From assembly GCA_029762535.1 (NCBI GenBank), contig JARVGK010000050.1, positions 1-12,588 of the forward strand: 12,588 nt of DNA, read 5' to 3'. The DNA is from Thermoplasmatota archaeon. Lineage in GTDB: Archaea > Thermoplasmatota > Penumbrarchaeia > Penumbrarchaeales > Penumbrarchaeaceae. Under the pieces are notes generated by a model. That model ran no database searches. It was not told the origin of the DNA and saw nothing but the letters and a program-made list of their open reading frames with translations. This document shows, piece after piece, positions 8,632-12,588 of the stretch (position 1 is the first letter of the stretch; each line of letters starts with the position of its first letter). The translations under genes and the position numbers were made by a program.

Positions 8632-8732
8632 GGGATCACATCCGGGCATCAGCACTCATAGGGCTCATCATCTATCAGCCCGCGTCGGTCATCATCTGCC
8701 TTTTAAGGTGAAGGCGAAGCAGTGACATATAA

Positions 8733-9212
8733 TTAATCGGCAAAGGCCGTTCCATAGACCTGGACCCCGAGCATCAGCTCCTGTCTTCTGGGATCCCCCA
8801 TCTTGAGCGATACCAAGGAGTATCGGATGTTGGCAAGCTCGGTGTATCCCTTGCCGTGGGCGGACTCGGCCGCCCTCAAGAGCGCTTCCCTTCTTGCCCT
8901 TTCGACGACCGGGGAAAGGGACCCCATCCTGCCTCCGACCAGGTTGCGCCATTTCGCCAGCCATGTCTTGAAGCGGTCAGCGCCTATAACGACCTCGCCG
9001 TAGACCATCTCGTACCTCTTGGGGTCGGTCATTGCCAGGCGCTTCCTGTTGTGTATGAGTATCTTTCCCGTGAGGGCCTCCTCCCTTCTGGCGAGGGATT
9101 TGAGATGGTTCTTCTCGATCAGAGTGCCGGATATCATGGCCGCCAAAAAGACGATGAACGGGATCAGCAGCAATGCCCCGTAGCAGCAGCATGTGAAGAA
9201 TGCCTCATCCGT
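8733..9212 (-). CDS. Membrane-anchored YbjQ-like (UPF0145 / putative heavy-metal-binding) protein, start uncertain (TTG 9173 or ACG 9212)
   Basis: N-terminal TM helix, IEKNHLKSLARRE, then the YbjQ core (LAKWRNLVGGRMGSLSPVVERARREALLR...VQVYGTA). The frame continues upstream of TTG 9173 as (T)DEAFFTCCCYGA to an SD. Confidence 0.82.
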   Translation of the reverse strand, partial: TDEAFFTCCCYGALLLIPFIVFLAAMISGTLIEKNHLKSLARREEALTGKILIHNRKRLAMTDPKRYEMVYGEVVIGADRFKTWLAKWRNLVGGRMGSLSPVVERARREALLRAAESAHGKGYTELANIRYSLVSLKMGDPRRQELMLGVQVYGTAFAD

Positions 9213-9225
9213 TGTAAGGCCCCCT

Positions 9226-9540
9226 TCATTCCAATACGACGGCAGTACCGTAAACGTAAACCTCGGCTGCGCCCTGCATCAGAGAAGCAGTGGCCATCCT
9301 GACGTTCACCACGGCGTTCGCTCCCATCTTCTTGGCGTTCTCCAGCATCCTCTTGGTGGACTCGTCACGGGCCTCCTCCATCATCTCTGTGTAGCCCTTG
9401 ATCTCCCCGCCCACGATGTTCTTGAACCCGGCCAATATGTCCTTGCCGATGTGCTTTGCTCTCACTGTGCTCCCGGCGGCGACGCCCAGAACCTTGACGA
9501 TCTTCTTTCCCGGAACCTCTTCAGTGCTTACGAATATCAT
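9226..9540 (-). CDS. ybjQ: YbjQ family (UPF0145) protein
   Basis: STEEVPGKKI, KDILAGFKNIVGGEIKGYTEMMEEAR, GANAVVNVR and EVYVYGTAV. SD GGGGTGA lies 6 nt before the ATG. Confidence 0.95.
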   Translation of the reverse strand: MIFVSTEEVPGKKIVKVLGVAAGSTVRAKHIGKDILAGFKNIVGGEIKGYTEMMEEARDESTKRMLENAKKMGANAVVNVRMATASLMQGAAEVYVYGTAVVLE

Positions 9541-9574
9541 CGGTCTTCACCCCAGACTCAGACGACCGTATCGC

Positions 9575-9628
9575 CTTTACCAGTAAATAAAGAGATAGGG
9601 TCGGATGGGCGCCGGGAAAGATAATAAG
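9575..9628. promoter_or_regulatory. Divergent promoter region between ybjQ and the TerB-like/ogg/msrC cluster
   Basis: Minus-strand TTTATTTAC near 9583-9591 and plus-strand GAAAGATAATAAG (BRE/TATA-like) at 9616-9628. Both flanking genes have SD sites. Confidence 0.4.
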
Positions 9629-9666
9629 GCTCAAGCCGATTCAGGAGACAACTGGAAGGTGGACCA

Positions 9667-10104
9667 ATGGACCGCAAGGAATACATCTACTATTCCGTGA
9701 TGAGGAAGGCGACCGAGAACGATTTCATTTCCCTCGATGAGGGCGGACTGATAATGATCCTCGAGGAGAAGCTGGGCCTCGACGATGATCGCATGGACGA
9801 TATCATGGAATACATATACGAGAAAAGGCCGATCCCTTTGACAGAAGAGCAGGAGATGGCCTTGAGGGAGGACAGGTCAGAACATGCCTACGACATGGAG
9901 ATGTACAGGGCAGTTCTGGTCCAGGCTCTCGAGAACGAGAGGATCACCGAGGCCGAGAGGCCGATCCTCGAGGCGCTGGAGGAGATCTTCGGGATATCTG
10001 AAGATGAGAGAAAGGAGATGATATCGCAGGTGAAGAGCGATATCGAGAGCCATACGCATCGGTCCCTGGACGAGAGGCTGAGCCATTTCTTCGGCATCGA
10101 ATGA
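9667..10104 (+). CDS. Acidic helical hypothetical protein with two TerB-like repeats
   Basis: SD AGGTGG before the ATG. Internal repeat Y..V...A.EN..I...E......LEE..G...D at aa 8-41 and aa 80-113. Confidence 0.75.
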   Translation: MDRKEYIYYSVMRKATENDFISLDEGGLIMILEEKLGLDDDRMDDIMEYIYEKRPIPLTEEQEMALREDRSEHAYDMEMYRAVLVQALENERITEAERPILEALEEIFGISEDERKEMISQVKSDIESHTHRSLDERLSHFFGIE

Positions 10105-10117
10105 GGGGGGATCCAGC

Positions 10118-10783
10118 GTATCTAACGATGGAGGTATCGATGAGGCCAAAAGGGACCTCCTCCCTCTTTACGGCCCGATTAAAGGTAGGATAAGCTCCAG
10201 GTTGCGGGATTTCGAGGCGGTCTGGGAGAGCCGGGAAAGGAACGCCATCATGCGAGAGCTCTTATTTTGCATTTTGACACCGCAGTCCAAGGCCAGGGTA
10301 TGCTGGGGGGCGATCGAGGACATGGCATGCACCAATGTCCTCCTTAAAGGGGGGTATGAGGATGTCCTGGGGGCCATCGGCAACGTCCGGTTCAAGTACA
10401 AGAAATCCAACTATCTTATCGCTGCGAGGGAGAGGTTCTCGGGAGATGGGGCTTTGGACATAGCGCACCATATCTCCTCCTTCTCAGGTCCGAGATCGGC
10501 CAGGAACTGGTTCGCTGACAACATCAAAGGCATGGGATACAAGGAGGCGGGACATTTCCTGAGGAACATCGGCCTGGGCAGGGACATCGCGATCCTGGAC
10601 AGGCATATCCTGAGGAACCTCAAGAAATACGGTGTTCTGGAACAGATACCGTCGTCGATACCTCCAAAGAGGTATCTCATGATCGAGATGGAGGTAGAGG
10701 CCTTCTCGAACGCTTTGGGGATCCCCATGGACCACATGGATATTCTGCTATGGTACAAGGAGACTGGAGATATATTCAAGTGA
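10118..10783 (+). CDS. ogg: 8-oxoguanine DNA glycosylase/AP lyase (Ogg2 type), start uncertain (first canonical TTG 10202, probably further upstream)
   Basis: ELLFCILTPQSKA, VRF, HhH IKGMGYKEAGHFLRNIG (catalytic Lys), AILDRHILR (catalytic Asp) and DILLWYKETGDIFK with the terminal Lys typical of Ogg2. Confidence 0.94.
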   Translation, partial: VSNDGGIDEAKRDLLPLYGPIKGRISSRLRDFEAVWESRERNAIMRELLFCILTPQSKARVCWGAIEDMACTNVLLKGGYEDVLGAIGNVRFKYKKSNYLIAARERFSGDGALDIAHHISSFSGPRSARNWFADNIKGMGYKEAGHFLRNIGLGRDIAILDRHILRNLKKYGVLEQIPSSIPPKRYLMIEMEVEAFSNALGIPMDHMDILLWYKETGDIFK

Positions 10784-10793
10784 GGGGTATGAT

Positions 10794-11273
10794 ATGGAGA
10801 GAATACTGGAAGAGGTCGAAAGGATCGTTGAAGGGGATGGATCCCCCGAGGAGAGGCTGCATTATGTATGCAGGACCCTTGAGAGGGAGGTCCCCCACTA
10901 CGACTGGGTCGGTTTCTACATCGTGGATACGAGGGATGAGGGCATGCTGTATCTTGGACCGTACGTGGGGGCTCCCACCGAGCATGTCAGGATCCCCTTC
11001 GGGAAGGGGATCTGCGGCCAGGCGGCCGCAAGGAAGGAGGCATTCATCATACAGGATGTGGCCAGGGAGGATAATTACCTCTCCTGCAGCATCAACGTGA
11101 GATCGGAGATCGTGATCCCGGTCATGGACGGTGATGAAGTGATAGGCGAACTGGACATAGACTCGCATTCCATCTCGCCGTTTCGAGACTGGGACCGCTC
11201 GCTCCTGGAGGCCATTTGCTGTATGGTTTCCCCCCTCATCAGGGAAATACGGGAACGCGTCTTAGGTAACTGA
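10794..11273 (+). CDS. msrC: GAF-domain free methionine-(R)-sulfoxide reductase-like protein
   Basis: WVGFY, LGPYVG, RIPFGKGICGQAA, YLSC, SEIVIPV and GELDIDS. SD GAGGGGT overlaps the ogg stop. Confidence 0.88.
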   Translation: MERILEEVERIVEGDGSPEERLHYVCRTLEREVPHYDWVGFYIVDTRDEGMLYLGPYVGAPTEHVRIPFGKGICGQAAARKEAFIIQDVAREDNYLSCSINVRSEIVIPVMDGDEVIGELDIDSHSISPFRDWDRSLLEAICCMVSPLIREIRERVLGN

Positions 11274-11937
11274 CAGCATATCCATCGTAGCCCAGGACCA
11301 TCGGATGGACCTCCAAACCCGCATCGACGGCGTGGCGAAAGGCTTCGGAAAAACGTGGATCCGTCCTCTCGTTGGGGGAGAAGCTCATGACATCCGATCG
11401 CATCACGAGCACGAGCAGTCCTGCTCTCGTGCCTGATCCGAGTATGCCTATCAGCTCTTCCATGTGCTTCGCTCCCCTCGCGGTAGGGGCGTCCGGGAAC
11501 ATCGCCCTGCCGTCCTCTGCCAGTGAACAACCTTTCACCTCGATCATGACCTTCTCCTCGTCCTCGGTCACGATGAGATGGTCTATCCTGGACCTTCCTA
11601 CCGAAACCTCGGACCTCATCGATGCGATCGGTCCGAAGGGGGATATGGAACCTGAAGAGAGGATCCGTTCTGATATTGGCCTGTGTATGGCTGAATTGAT
11701 CAGCACCCATTGTCGGTCGTACCTTGCTGCGAGCACGTCATACGCCGTTCTCCTCTCGGGCGCGGACGCCTTTCTCATAAGGATATCGGCCCTGGGGACC
11801 AGGAGTTCGCAGAGTCTGCCTGGATCGTGAACGTGCGCTTTGACCCGCTCACCGTTTAGAAGGACGTTGGCGAGGAACCTGTTCGGACGATCGATGAAAG
11901 TTCCGGTGGCATCGGATCGGAGTTCGAGCAATTCCAT
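11239..11937 (-). CDS. sfsA: DNA/RNA nuclease SfsA (PD-(D/E)xK fold)
   Basis: FIDRPNRF, AHVHDPGRL.ELL, SRID, IEVKGCSL, FPDAPTARGAKH, D..F and AGLEV. Confidence 0.96.
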   Translation of the reverse strand: MELLELRSDATGTFIDRPNRFLANVLLNGERVKAHVHDPGRLCELLVPRADILMRKASAPERRTAYDVLAARYDRQWVLINSAIHRPISERILSSGSISPFGPIASMRSEVSVGRSRIDHLIVTEDEEKVMIEVKGCSLAEDGRAMFPDAPTARGAKHMEELIGILGSGTRAGLLVLVMRSDVMSFSPNERTDPRFSEAFRHAVDAGLEVHPMVLGYDGYAVSYLRRVPVFP

Positions 11938-11940
11938 GAA

Positions 11941-11973
11941 GAGGATTTCAGGTCCAATTATAAATAAATCCTC
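11941..11973. promoter_or_regulatory. Shared divergent TATA region bracketed by an 8-bp inverted repeat
   Basis: GAGGATTT-N17-AAATCCTC surrounds AATTATAAAT in the 62-nt sfsA/flavin reductase intergenic space. Confidence 0.55.
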
Positions 11974-11999
11974 CCGGATTCCCTATCGTTGGAGATACC

Positions 12000-12563
12000 A
12001 TGGCTTTCAAGGGCGCTCTGGAGGATGTCACCTACGGGCTCTATCTGATCACCGCAGAGCATGACGGTAGAAAGAACGGGCTGATAGTGAACACGGTTGT
12101 CCAGGTATCCAACTCCCCGGAGAAGATATCCGTGTGCATAAGCAAGGACAGCCTCACACACGACATCATAATGCAGGGCCGCTGCTTCGCCGTATCGATC
12201 CTCGACAGGGATGCCCCCATGAAGTTCATCGGGACGTGGGGGTTCCGCTCGGGTCGGGACATCGACAAGTTCGAAGGGGTCAGCTACCGGAAGGGCGCGA
12301 CCGGCGCCCCCATTGTCCTGGATCACTGTCTGGGTTATCTGGAGGTCCAATTATACGGGACCCTGGACGTGGAGTCGCATACCATATTCGTCGGGAAGAT
12401 AGTTGAGACAGAGAAACTCGCTGATGGGGAGCCCATGACCTATCGCTATTACAAGGAGGTCAAAGGCGGCAAGGCCTCCAGGTACGCCCCCACCTTCAAC
12501 GACTGGGAGACCTTGAAGAAGCTGGAGGCGGGGAAGCGGGATACCCCTTCCCTTGATGGCTAA
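12000..12563 (+). CDS. Flavin reductase family protein (resembles the reductase domain of high-molecular-weight rubredoxin)
   Basis: YGLYLIT, NGLIVNTVVQV, SLTHD.I, FAVSIL, GFRSGRDIDKF, TGAPIV, HTIFVG and PMTY.YY..VKGG...APT. SD GGAGA upstream. Confidence 0.92.
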   Translation: MAFKGALEDVTYGLYLITAEHDGRKNGLIVNTVVQVSNSPEKISVCISKDSLTHDIIMQGRCFAVSILDRDAPMKFIGTWGFRSGRDIDKFEGVSYRKGATGAPIVLDHCLGYLEVQLYGTLDVESHTIFVGKIVETEKLADGEPMTYRYYKEVKGGKASRYAPTFNDWETLKKLEAGKRDTPSLDG

Positions 12564-12588
12564 AGGGGTAAGGCCTGAACTGACAGGC

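Noticed and set aside
9226-10104. UGA readthrough (Sec) at the GAA-TGA junctions
   Set aside because: In-frame readthrough meets another stop six codons later in both cases, and the downstream genes are in the +1 frame.
7873-11937. Sir2 + TerB-like + SfsA nuclease as an anti-phage defence island
   Set aside because: The sirtuin has the zinc-binding domain and motifs of housekeeping CobB rather than defence SIR2 NADases. The genes lie in different transcription units and no defence partner or mobility gene is present.
199-12406. Numerous alternative-frame and antisense ORFs in the track (e.g. 2080-2583, 2936-3436, 5934-6464, 8856-9302, 11075-11710)
   Set aside because: They overlap well-supported genes, have no recognisable motifs and are the expected shadows of GC-rich coding DNA.
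1-12588. CRISPR array, tRNA/rRNA, IS or integrase
   Set aside because: Intergenic gaps are all under about 130 nt, with no spaced direct repeats, cloverleaf motifs, terminal inverted repeats or transposase-like ORFs visible.
1-12588. Apparent abundance of GATC and scarcity of CTAG
   Set aside because: Judged by eye only. It is explicable by ATC/GAT codon usage and the widespread CTAG avoidance, and needs a Markov-model count to mean anything.

Overview
Gene-dense, moderately GC-rich (visually in the mid-to-high 50s percent) archaeal-type chromosomal window, most consistent with Thermoplasmatota. That placement is inferred from TATA boxes about 21-24 nt before several start codons, GGTGA-type Shine-Dalgarno sites, an Ogg2-type glycosylase, a two-Cys fRMsr and PKD membrane proteins, one ending in a zinc ribbon. 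Fourteen CDSs are supported: a 5'-truncated PKD membrane protein, birA, an amidohydrolase, a DegT aminotransferase plus GT4 glycosyltransferase pair, an 844-aa multidomain surface protein, a Sir2/CobB deacylase, two tandem YbjQ-family genes, a duplicated TerB-like protein followed by ogg and msrC, sfsA, and a flavin reductase. I found no RNA genes, CRISPR arrays or mobile elements, and no clearly novel multi-gene system can be demonstrated. The best lead is two operon-internal genes (the YbjQ paralogue and ogg) whose reading frames extend upstream of the first canonical start codon to near-identical junctions (GAA-TGA-RGGGGG, 13 nt, then ACG or GTA), which suggests non-canonical initiation or recoding. 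The second lead is a candidate oxidative-damage repair operon headed by an uncharacterised TerB-like repeat protein.
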